DNA from: an uncultured bacterium
GTDB taxonomy: Bacteria > Lernaellota > Lernaellaia > Lernaellales > Lernaellaceae
Direction of reading: 5' to 3'
Assembly: GCA_964534375.1 (NCBI GenBank)
Contig: CAZHPN010000163.1
Location: 1-13,729, forward strand
Length of the DNA stretch: 13,729 nt
Numbering within the stretch: the first letter of the stretch is position 1; the number at the start of each line of letters is the position of its first letter. This document shows positions 1 through 7,442 of this stretch, in pieces. The position numbers and the translations under genes are program-made. Below the pieces are notes generated by a model that was not told where the DNA came from, did not search any database, and saw only the letters and a program-made list of their open reading frames with translations.

Positions 1-2
1 AC

Positions 3-515
3 CCGACGCAGACGCTGGCGCAGGAAGAAGAGATGACGTATCGCGTGCCGCTGATCGTGCACTCGCCCGCCGGGCTCGTGCCGCCCCGGCGGCTGCACGT
101 GAACGGGTCGCAAGTGGACATCGCGCCGACCATCCTCGATATTCTCGGCCTGCGCGCGCCGAACGCCTTCGTCGGCCGCAGCCTGTTGCGCGTCGACCCG
201 AACCAGCCGCGGCCGATCTTCATGATTCAGGACTCGCTGTGGAACATCCGTCGCGGCGACGAATACTGCTACGAATTGGCGGAGAAACCGGGCCAGGCGG
301 AAGAATTCAAGCAGCGCGCGTCGGGCGTCGCCGGCAGCAGCCCGCGGTTCTGTTTCCGCGCGAAGGGCGATCTGTTCTTCGACAAGGAAATCACGCCGCT
401 GGCGCCGGACGCGGCGGCCGTCGCGCCGCTCTACGACATCGGCCTGGACCTGGTGTTCTACAACCGCTTCCTGCTGCAGCGCGACACCGCGTACCGCCGG
501 CCCGCCGAAGAATAA
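3..515 (+). CDS. Sulfatase / LTA-synthase-like alkaline phosphatase superfamily protein, C-terminal part (5' truncated by window edge)
   Basis: Frame is open from position 3 (PTQTLAQEEEMTYRVPLIVHSP...). It has the superfamily C-terminal motifs 'EE..RVPLIV.SP' and 'SQVDIAPTILDILG...F.GRSLL'. Stop TAA at 513-515. Confidence 0.8.
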   Translation, partial: PTQTLAQEEEMTYRVPLIVHSPAGLVPPRRLHVNGSQVDIAPTILDILGLRAPNAFVGRSLLRVDPNQPRPIFMIQDSLWNIRRGDEYCYELAEKPGQAEEFKQRASGVAGSSPRFCFRAKGDLFFDKEITPLAPDAAAVAPLYDIGLDLVFYNRFLLQRDTAYRRPAEE

Positions 516-550
516 CGACCGGCCGGCGCGCCGATCGGTCGTGACTTTTT
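515..550 (+). terminator. Probable intrinsic terminator of the sulfatase-like gene
   Basis: Imperfect hairpin ACGACCG-GC-CGGC-GC-GCCG-AT-CGGTCGT (515-542) right after the stop, followed by GACTTTTT. Confidence 0.5.
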
Positions 551-845
551 CCGCGCAGACCTCTCCCCCGGCCACGCCCGGCGTGGCCGCGCCCCTCCCC
601 GACCCGTTCGACAAGCTCAGGGCAGGCTCCGGGAGGGGCGAGACGACACCGTGGCGGACCCGGGTCGCGGAGAGGTCCTGCGTGGCCCGCGAGTTCGCCT
701 TCGTATTGGTGAAACAACGCACGAGGTCTTTTTTTCAACGGGTGTCCGCTTACCAATGCGGCGCCCACGCGCCCCTCCCCGACACAGGGAGGGGCGGGAA
801 ATTTCGGAAGCCGAAATTTCCGGGGAGAGTCGGCGCGAAGATCAC
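541..845. repeat. Structured REP/MITE-like intergenic element with imperfect terminal inverted repeats and internal hairpins
   Basis: 541-568 GTGACTTTTTCCGCGCAGACCTCTCCCC versus the reverse complement of 822-845, GTGATCTTCGCGCCGACTCTCCCC. Internal perfect inverted repeats at 569-589, 590-640, 770-796 and 797-821. CGCGCCCCTCCCCGAC...GGGAGGGGCG occurs twice. Confidence 0.6.
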
Positions 846-882
846 AATATGGCAATTTGATATGCGCGCGCCGCGCCGCGCG

Positions 883-2682
883 TTACGCTTCCGCGTCGCG
901 GTCCATTTTTTCGAGTTCGAATTCTTCGGGAAAATTGGCGTGCATGCGGCCGACGATCAGGTCGTTGACCTCGGATGACGTGTGCAGCGTCAGCGCCTGT
1001 TCGACGAGCTCGCGCGCCTCGGCGGACGTGAACCGGCCGAGCATGCGCTTGACGTGCAGCGCCTTGTTCGGCGCCATCGACAGCTCCGTCACGCCGAGGC
1101 CGACCAGGGCCATCGTGTACTCGAGTTGGCCGGCCATTTCGCCGCACATCGCCACGGGGATGCCGGCCTCGCGCGCGGCGCGCACGACCAGCCGGATCGC
1201 GCGCAGCACCGCCGGATGCAGCGGGTGAAAGAGGTAATTGATGTGTTCGTTGGCCCGGTCGACCGCCAGCGTGTACTGGATCAGGTCGTTGGTGCCGATC
1301 GAGAAATAATCGACTTCGGCGGCAAGCATATCGGCGACCAGCACGGCGGCGGGCGTCTCGATCATGACCCCGAGCTCCACTTTCTCGGCCTGCGCGGCGC
1401 CGCGTTGGCGCAGCTCCTCGCGCACCTCGGCGAGCAGCGCCTTCGCCTGCCGCAATTCGTCGATGCCGCTGATCATCGGAAACATGATGCGGACCGCGCC
1501 GTGCGCGCTCGCGCGCAAGATCGCCCGCAGTTGCGTGCGGAAAATATCGGGATGCGCCAGGCACAGGCGGATGGCGCGCAGGCCCATCGCCGGGTTGGCC
1601 TCGCCCATCACCTCGGCGGCGGCGAAACTGGCCTTGTCGCCGCCCAGGTCGATCGTGCGAATGGTCGTGACGCCGTCCGGGCCCATCCGCTCGACGACCT
1701 GGCGATAGACCTCGTACTGTTCGTCTTCCGTCGGCGGGTGCGCGCTGAAGATGAAAAGAAATTCCGTGCGGAACAGGCCGATTCGCGTGAGGCCGTTGTT
1801 CTTGACCGCGGCGATTTCGCTGGGCAACTCGATGTTCGCGGCGAGGCTCAGGCGTACGCCGTCGGCGGTTTCGGCGGGCAGATCGCGGACGAGGCGCAGA
1901 TCCTGTTCGAAGCGTTCGTAAAACTCGCGCCGCGTGTCGTACTCGGCGATCAATTCCAGCGACGGGTTGAGGAAGACCTTCCCCTCGAAGCCGTCGAGCA
2001 CGATCAGGTCGCCGGTTTTCACTTCGCCCGTGATCGACTCGAGGCCGACGATGGTCGGGATTTCCATGGCGCGGGCGAGGATCGCGGTGTGGCTGGTGGC
2101 CGTGCCGACGTCGGTGAGGATGCCGAGCACTTTTTCGCGATTGACGTTCGCCAGATCGGCCGGCGACAGGTCGTGCGCGACCAGCACCACGGGGTCGGCC
2201 AGGTGCTCGATCGATTCCTGCTTGACGCCCATCAGGTTGATCAGCAGCCGCCGCTCGAAGTAGTCGAAATCGCGGCCCCGTTCGCGCAGGTAGGCGTCGT
2301 CGACGTGCTCGAAGACGCTGACCACTTCGGCCAGGACCTGCGCCACCGCCCACTCGGCGTTGATCGACAGGTCGGTGATGCGCTGCCGCAGGCGTTGGAA
2401 CAACTCCGGGTCTTGGAAGAGCGCCAGGTGCGCGTCGATGATCTGCAGGTGGTCGCCGAGGTTGAGTTTGGCGCGGACCTGCGAAAGCTGGTGGCGCGAC
2501 AACTCCATCGCCGTCACCAGGCGCGTGATCTCGCGGTCGACCTCGCCGGCGGCGAGCTTGTGATGGGGCACGCGCAAATGGGCGCGTTCGAGGTGATAGG
2601 CGCGGCCGAGCGCAATGCCCGGCGAGGCGGGCACGCCGGTCAATTCGCGAATGCGGTGTTCGTCCTCGGCCACGTCGCTCAT
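883..2682 (-). CDS. ptsI: Phosphoenolpyruvate-protein phosphotransferase (PTS Enzyme I), 599 aa, no GAF domain
   Basis: N-terminal G.PASPGIALG, phospho-His motif TSHTAILARA, GLFRTEFLF, RTIDLGGDK, EANPAMGLRAIR, SIGTNDLIQY and catalytic Cys in MCGEMAG. The start is placed at ATG 2682 (ATGA overlap with the HPr stop), not at 3039 as in the ORF track. Confidence 0.97.
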   Translation of the reverse strand: MSDVAEDEHRIRELTGVPASPGIALGRAYHLERAHLRVPHHKLAAGEVDREITRLVTAMELSRHQLSQVRAKLNLGDHLQIIDAHLALFQDPELFQRLRQRITDLSINAEWAVAQVLAEVVSVFEHVDDAYLRERGRDFDYFERRLLINLMGVKQESIEHLADPVVLVAHDLSPADLANVNREKVLGILTDVGTATSHTAILARAMEIPTIVGLESITGEVKTGDLIVLDGFEGKVFLNPSLELIAEYDTRREFYERFEQDLRLVRDLPAETADGVRLSLAANIELPSEIAAVKNNGLTRIGLFRTEFLFIFSAHPPTEDEQYEVYRQVVERMGPDGVTTIRTIDLGGDKASFAAAEVMGEANPAMGLRAIRLCLAHPDIFRTQLRAILRASAHGAVRIMFPMISGIDELRQAKALLAEVREELRQRGAAQAEKVELGVMIETPAAVLVADMLAAEVDYFSIGTNDLIQYTLAVDRANEHINYLFHPLHPAVLRAIRLVVRAAREAGIPVAMCGEMAGQLEYTMALVGLGVTELSMAPNKALHVKRMLGRFTSAEARELVEQALTLHTSSEVNDLIVGRMHANFPEEFELEKMDRDAEA

Positions 2683-2948
2683 TCCTCGCCGAACTTGGCG
2701 CGAAAGAGTTTGTCCAATTCGAAGATCGCCTTCGCCGCGTCCGGTCCGGAGGCGTGCAGGCGCAGCACGCTGCCGGCGGGCGCCATCAACTGGGTGACGC
2801 TCATGATGCTCTTGGCGTCCGCCGTGCGGCCGTTGAACGCGATCTCCACCACGCAATCGAAATCGGCCAGCAACTTGACGATTTTGCTGGCGACGCGCAG
2901 ATGAATGCCGGCTTGGTTGGCCACGGTCATCTGCCGCTCGAGGTCCAC
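2679..2948 (-). CDS. ptsH: HPr-family phosphocarrier protein
   Basis: 89 aa, GTG start. His15 region N.AGIHLRVA and Ser46 region ADAKSIMSV. Lies between EIIA and EI. Confidence 0.93.
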   Translation of the reverse strand: MDLERQMTVANQAGIHLRVASKIVKLLADFDCVVEIAFNGRTADAKSIMSVTQLMAPAGSVLRLHASGPDAAKAIFELDKLFRAKFGEE

Positions 2949-2954
2949 CGGCGT

Positions 2955-3386
2955 CTACCCGTCCCGGCGCTGGCCGTTTTGGAGATATTGGCTGGCGAGG
3001 CGAATGCTGCCGCGGCCGATCTCCGCCAACTGCGCGCAAAAGTCGCGCAAACTGCGGCCGTCGCGGGAATAGATCAGGTCGACGAGCATCGGCAGATTGA
3101 TGCCGCTGACCACTTCGACCTCGTTTTCCTTCAGGAAGGAAAGGGCGATATTGCTCGGCGTGCCGCCGAACATGTCGGTGAACACGGCGACGCCGACGCC
3201 CTCATTGACTTTCTTGATCGCCTCCTGCAGCCGCTCGCGAATCTGTTCGGGTTTCTCCTGGCCGGTCACCGGAACGGCGGCCACGCCCTTGAGTTCCGCG
3301 CCGCCGATCATCGCCGCGGTTTGCAGAAAGGCCTCGGGCAGGCTGCCGTGGGCCACGATCACAATGCCGATGATTTTCGCGCTCAT
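2955..3386 (-). CDS. PTS EIIA component, mannose/fructose/sorbose family (stand-alone)
   Basis: IGIVIVAHG (phospho-His), FTDMFGGTPSN and VVSGINLPML motifs. Confidence 0.93.
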   Translation of the reverse strand: MSAKIIGIVIVAHGSLPEAFLQTAAMIGGAELKGVAAVPVTGQEKPEQIRERLQEAIKKVNEGVGVAVFTDMFGGTPSNIALSFLKENEVEVVSGINLPMLVDLIYSRDGRSLRDFCAQLAEIGRGSIRLASQYLQNGQRRDG

Positions 3387-3389
3387 GCG

Positions 3390-4259
3390 TCAGGTCTTCT
3401 TGATGTCTCGGTGGTGGACCGCTGCTCGCAGGCCGCGCGCATGCAGGATTTTCGCCACTTCCTCGGCGATGGCCACCGAGCGGTGCCGGCCGCCCGTGCA
3501 GCCGATCGCGATGGTGAGAAACATCTTGCCTTCACGCCGATAATTGGGCTCCAGAAAGAAGAGCAGGTCCGTAAACTTCTTCAGGAACTCCTTGGTGACT
3601 TCCTTTTCGAGAACGAAATCCGCGGCCGCCGCGTCGCGACCGGTCAAATCCCGCAAGTCGGCGACAAAATACGGGTTCGGCAGGAACCGCACATCGAGCA
3701 CGATATCGGCGTCTGTCGGCGTCCCGTGCTTGTACCCGAAACTGAGCAGACGGATGGTCAAGACCGTCTGGTCTTCGGCCGCGGCGAACCGCGCCTGGAC
3801 AATGCGCCGCAGATCATGCGGCGTGAAATTCGACGTGTCAACCACCCAATCCGCGTGCGCGCGCACGTCGCCGAGGGCGGAGCGCTCCAAGGCGATGGCG
3901 TCGGTCAGCGAGCCGCCGGCCGCCAACGGATGGCCCCGGCGGGTCTCCGAGAAGCGGCGTTTGAGCGTGGCGTCGTCGGCGTCGAGGAACACCACGTCGA
4001 GGCGCTCGGCCGTTTCCCGCAGGTGGCGAAACGTGTCGGCCGCGCGCGTCGGCAGCGAGGCGTCGCGCAGGTCCATGACCAGCGCCAGGCGCGCGACGTC
4101 TTCGCCCGGATTCAGATACCCCAGTTGCACCAGCCGGTCGACGATCTCCACGGGCAGGTTGTCGATGCAGAAATATCCCAGATCCTCCAACGCCTTGCTG
4201 GCGACCGACTTGCCGCCGCCGCTCATGCCCGTGAGGATGACCAGGCGCGCCGGCTTCAT
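3390..4259 (-). CDS. rapZ: RNase adapter RapZ / YvcJ-family P-loop protein, 289 aa
   Basis: LTGMSGGGKS...LEDLGYFCIDNLP, RRFSETRR.HPL, SFGYKHG.P.DAD.V.DVRFLPNPY and IAIGCTGGRHRSV. Start ATG 4259 overlaps the hprK stop (ATGA). Confidence 0.96.
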   Translation of the reverse strand: MKPARLVILTGMSGGGKSVASKALEDLGYFCIDNLPVEIVDRLVQLGYLNPGEDVARLALVMDLRDASLPTRAADTFRHLRETAERLDVVFLDADDATLKRRFSETRRGHPLAAGGSLTDAIALERSALGDVRAHADWVVDTSNFTPHDLRRIVQARFAAAEDQTVLTIRLLSFGYKHGTPTDADIVLDVRFLPNPYFVADLRDLTGRDAAAADFVLEKEVTKEFLKKFTDLLFFLEPNYRREGKMFLTIAIGCTGGRHRSVAIAEEVAKILHARGLRAAVHHRDIKKT

Positions 4260-5215
4260 TCGGGGTCGTCCCCCTGCGCCTTGCCCGGCTCGCGATTGAG
4301 TTGCGCCAGCAAATGGCGCTGGAACTCCTTCGCCGCGTGAAAACCTTCCATTTTCAACAACTGGTTGCGCGCCGCGACCTCGATGATCGTCGACAAATTG
4401 CGGCCGGGTCGGACGGGAAGCACGATCGACGGAATCTCCTCCCCCAACACCTTGCAGCGCTGGTCGTCGAGCCCGATCCGGTCGTAGTCGGTGTCCTTTT
4501 CCCAGGCGACCAGCTTGACGATCAGGTGCACTTTTTTCCGATCGCGGATCGCGCTGACCCCGAACATTTCTTTGATATTGATAATGCCCAGGCCGCGAAT
4601 TTCCATATGGTACTTGATGACATCGGGGCCGCGCCCGTAAATGGCCTGCGGGCCTTCGCGCGTCAGATCGACGGTGTCGTCGGCGACCAGGCGATGCCCG
4701 CGGGAAATCAAATCGAGCGCGCACTCGCTCTTGCCGATGCCGCTTTCCCCGAGGATCAGCACGCCGACGCTGAAAACGTCGAGCAGCACGCCGTGCACGC
4801 TCGCGGTTTCGGCGAAACGGGGCTCGAGCAGCCGCGTCAGGCGCTCGACCAGCGTCTGCGTGGGCAGCGTCGTGCGCAGGATCGCGGCGCCGGTGCGTTC
4901 GGCGTGCCGCAAGAAGACCGCCGGCGGCGTCAGGCCGCCGGTAACGATGCAGCAGACCACGCCGTGGTCGAAAAACGTCTGGCAGATGCGATCCTGTTCG
5001 GCTTCGTCGAGGCCGGCCAGGTAGGCGATTTCGGTCTGGCCGAAAATCTGCGCGCGTTCGGGGACGACGAAATCGACGAAGCCGGTCGCCGCCAGGCCGG
5101 CTTTTTGCACATAGGGCGAACGGATCTTGTTTGGCCGGCCGCGGTCGCCGACGATCTCGATCGACAAGTCCGCCTGGCGGGTGCTGAGGATTTCCTCGAC
5201 GGTCATGTGCGCCAA
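4256..5215 (-). CDS. hprK: HPr(Ser) kinase/phosphorylase, full length with N-terminal domain
   Basis: HGVLLDVF..GVLILGESGIGKSECALDLI.RGHRLVADD, signature MEIRGLGIIN, PVRPGRNL..IIEVAARN. The start is TTG 5215 (GGAAAGGG upstream) or ATG 5206. Confidence 0.96.
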   Translation of the reverse strand: MAHMTVEEILSTRQADLSIEIVGDRGRPNKIRSPYVQKAGLAATGFVDFVVPERAQIFGQTEIAYLAGLDEAEQDRICQTFFDHGVVCCIVTGGLTPPAVFLRHAERTGAAILRTTLPTQTLVERLTRLLEPRFAETASVHGVLLDVFSVGVLILGESGIGKSECALDLISRGHRLVADDTVDLTREGPQAIYGRGPDVIKYHMEIRGLGIINIKEMFGVSAIRDRKKVHLIVKLVAWEKDTDYDRIGLDDQRCKVLGEEIPSIVLPVRPGRNLSTIIEVAARNQLLKMEGFHAAKEFQRHLLAQLNREPGKAQGDDPE

Positions 5216-5238
5216 GGCTCGCCCTTTCCGCTTACCCG

Positions 5239-5361
5239 ACTATGGGAGTTCTGGAAGGAATGGGAATTACGGGAGTTATGGGAATTGCGGCGCACGCTAC
5301 GCCGCCCCCGGCCGAACTTCAGCCGTCCCAGTTATCCCATAATTCCCCTTCCTCCCGATCT
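5239..5361. repeat. Inverted pair of 9-bp tandem arrays (consensus NNTATGGGA / TCCCATAAN)
   Basis: Left arm ACTATGGGA GTTCTGGAA GGAATGGGA ATTACGGGA GTTATGGGA (5239-5283), a 42-bp spacer, then the inverted right arm TCCCAGTTA TCCCATAAT TCCCCTTCC TCCCGATCT (5326-5361). Confidence 0.85.
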
Positions 5362-5374
5362 TTTCGTCTAAGCG

Positions 5375-5402
5375 CGCGGCGGCGGCGCGCGCCGCCGCCG
5401 CG
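5375..5402. repeat. Perfect 28-bp all-GC palindrome downstream of hpf
   Basis: CGCGGCGGCGGCGC|GCGCCGCCGCCGCG, 21 bp past the hpf stop. No U-tract follows on the minus strand. Confidence 0.85.
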
Positions 5403-5423
5403 AATCTCAATCGACGTCAAAAC

Positions 5424-5981
5424 TCACTCGCCGCCGGCGAGAATCAGGCCCAAATCGCCGTCTTTGCGACGGTACAGGACGTGGATTTTCCGGTTGTCCG
5501 AATCGGTGAACACCAACAAGTCCGACGTCGCGTGCGAATCCATCCAGATCACGGCTTCTTCCAGGCCGATCGGTTTGATCTCGGCGACTTCGGTGGCCGC
5601 GATGCGTTTTTCCCATTCGGGTTGCTGCTCGACGGCCACGTCGGCGGTCTCGGCCTCGGCGACGAACGCGTCGTGGTCGGGTTTGCCGCGGCCTTTTTTG
5701 CCGCGGGTCTTTTCCTTTTGTTTCTTGACCTGCCGTTCCAGTTTGTCGACGGATTTGTCGATGGCGCTATAAATGTCGTCGGTTTCTTCCTTGCAGTTCA
5801 GTACGTTCCGTCCGGCGCTCAGCGTGACGTCGGCGATGTTGCGATATTTTTCGATCGACAGCACGACGTTCGACTCGATCGGCTCATCCAGGTAACGCTT
5901 GACCTTCAACAATTTTCGTTCCGCGTACTCGCGGATGGCCTCGGTGGGTTCCATGTGCCGGAATGTAACGCTGATTCTCAT
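5424..5981 (-). CDS. hpf: Ribosome hibernation promoting factor, long (two-domain) form
   Basis: MRISVTFRHMEPTEAIREYAE.KL.K and D.Y.AID..VDKLERQ.KK.KEK N-domain, plus C-domain KP..LEEA...M...VF.......VLYRRKDGDLGLI. Directly downstream of rpoN. Confidence 0.95.
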   Translation of the reverse strand: MRISVTFRHMEPTEAIREYAERKLLKVKRYLDEPIESNVVLSIEKYRNIADVTLSAGRNVLNCKEETDDIYSAIDKSVDKLERQVKKQKEKTRGKKGRGKPDHDAFVAEAETADVAVEQQPEWEKRIAATEVAEIKPIGLEEAVIWMDSHATSDLLVFTDSDNRKIHVLYRRKDGDLGLILAGGE

Positions 5982-6005
5982 GGTTCGTCCCCCGTTGGAA
6001 GCGCG

Positions 6006-7424
6006 TCAATAAAGGCGCTTCCGTTTGGTTGATGACATAATGCCCAGCATCTCGCGGTACTTGGTGACCGTGCGCCGCGCGATGTCGAGCCCCTCGCGTT
6101 CCTGCAAAATCTCCACGATCCGCTGATCCGACAAAGGCTTCTGCGGATCCTCCTCTGCCACGATCTTCCCGATCGTGTCCTTCACGCTTTCCGAAGCGAC
6201 GGCGCCGTCGTCGCCGGCGATGCCGCTGTTGAAGAAATATTTCAACTCGAAAATGCCCTGCGGCGTGTGCACATATTTGTTGGTGGTGACGCGGCTGACC
6301 GTCGATTCGTGCATCCCGATGTCCTCCGCGATGTCGCGCAGGATCAGCGGCCTCAAGTGCTTGACGCCCCGGTCGAAAAATTCGCGCTGGAATTTTACGA
6401 TGCTTTCGGTGACGCGGTAAATCGTGCGTTGGCGCTGGTGGATCGACCGGATCAGCCAGACGGCGCCGCGCATCTTGTCCTGAATGTAATCGTGCTCGAC
6501 CTTTGTCGCCCGCGCCTTGTTCTGCAAAATCTGCTTGTAGTAATTGCTGATTTTCAGTTTTGGCAGGCCGTCGTCGTTGAGCGTGATGACGAATTCGTCG
6601 CCTACCTTCTGCACGTAGATGTCCGGCGCAATGTATTGCGTCCGCTCGCCCGCGAACGGCCGGCCCGGCTTCGGTTCGAGCTGGCGGATGATCTTGACGG
6701 CCTCGAGGATGTCGTCGAAGTCGCAGTCGAGCACCTTGGCGATCCGCTTGTAGTCGTGGCGCTCCAAGTCGTGCATGTGGTCGCGGATCATGTCGTGCAC
6801 GATCGAATCCTCAATGCCCAGCACATTCAGTTGCAGCGTCAGGCACTCCTGCAAATCGCGCGCCCCCACTCCCGGCGGATCGAAGGCTTGAATTTTTTCG
6901 AGGACCCATTCGAGAAATTCGGGGTCGATTTTTTCCTTCGCGGCGATCTCATCCAGCGGCGCGCCCAGATACCCATCGTCATTAATATAACCAATCAGAA
7001 TCAGGCCGGCGGCTTTCGATTCGACATCCAAGTCGGCCATCTGCAATTGCCATTCGAGGTGGCTGGAGAGGTCCGCCGTCCGCGTGATCGTCGATTCGAT
7101 CGTCTCGCGATCTTCGTCGTCGTAGCCGCCGCGGTAGTCGCTGACGCTGCGCCGCGACAAATAGGCCGCCCAGTCGATGTCGCTCTCGGCCTTGCGCTCG
7201 TCGGCGACCAGGGCGACCTCCGGACCGGCGTCCGGCAGTTCGCGGGGGTTCTCTTCCGGCGCTTCCGGAAGCTCCTCGAGCACGGGGTTTTCGACAAGTT
7301 CCTGCTGGATCTGGTCGACCATCTCCAGGTGGTTGAGTTGCAGCAATTTGATGGCCTGTTGAAGTTGCGGCGTCATGATGAGCTGCTGCGACAGCCGCAA
7401 ATTCATTTTCATTTCCAGGGCCAT
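6006..7424 (-). CDS. rpoN: RNA polymerase sigma-54 factor
   Basis: Region I LSQQLIMTPQLQQAIKLLQL, GVGAR.L.ECL..QL, HTH IGMHESTVSRVTTNKY and RpoN box ARRTVTKYRE. Confidence 0.98.
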   Translation of the reverse strand: MALEMKMNLRLSQQLIMTPQLQQAIKLLQLNHLEMVDQIQQELVENPVLEELPEAPEENPRELPDAGPEVALVADERKAESDIDWAAYLSRRSVSDYRGGYDDEDRETIESTITRTADLSSHLEWQLQMADLDVESKAAGLILIGYINDDGYLGAPLDEIAAKEKIDPEFLEWVLEKIQAFDPPGVGARDLQECLTLQLNVLGIEDSIVHDMIRDHMHDLERHDYKRIAKVLDCDFDDILEAVKIIRQLEPKPGRPFAGERTQYIAPDIYVQKVGDEFVITLNDDGLPKLKISNYYKQILQNKARATKVEHDYIQDKMRGAVWLIRSIHQRQRTIYRVTESIVKFQREFFDRGVKHLRPLILRDIAEDIGMHESTVSRVTTNKYVHTPQGIFELKYFFNSGIAGDDGAVASESVKDTIGKIVAEEDPQKPLSDQRIVEILQEREGLDIARRTVTKYREMLGIMSSTKRKRLY

Positions 7425-7442
7425 TAGCCGCTCAACTCCCTG

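Noticed and set aside
865..882. CGCGCG-N6-CGCGCG hairpin after ptsI as a terminator
   Set aside because: Short low-complexity stem with no U-tract on the minus strand, so support is insufficient.
541..978. 145-aa and 69-aa ORFs in the sulfatase-ptsI gap
   Set aside because: They run through hairpin repeats, have no motifs or RBS, and the longer one overlaps the ptsI 3' end.
842..2353. 503-aa Arg/Gly/Pro-rich minus-strand ORF
   Set aside because: Alternative frame within ptsI. Its composition is typical of off-frame high-GC sequence.
982..2904. 640-aa plus-strand ORF (also 2754-4340, 4301-5371, 6267-7427, 7449-8534)
   Set aside because: Antisense shadows of well-supported minus-strand genes, with no family motifs. 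Long stop-free antisense frames are expected with high-GC codon bias.
2683..3039. N-terminal extension of EI (718-aa ORF), a possible fusion
   Set aside because: The extension overlaps ptsH and EIIA in another frame and is not domain-like. The true start is ATG 2682. The same applies to the extended rapZ (4724) and lptA (9913) ORFs.
5242..5772. 176-aa ORF beginning MGVLEGMGITGVMGI
   Set aside because: Translation of the 9-mer array running antisense into hpf.
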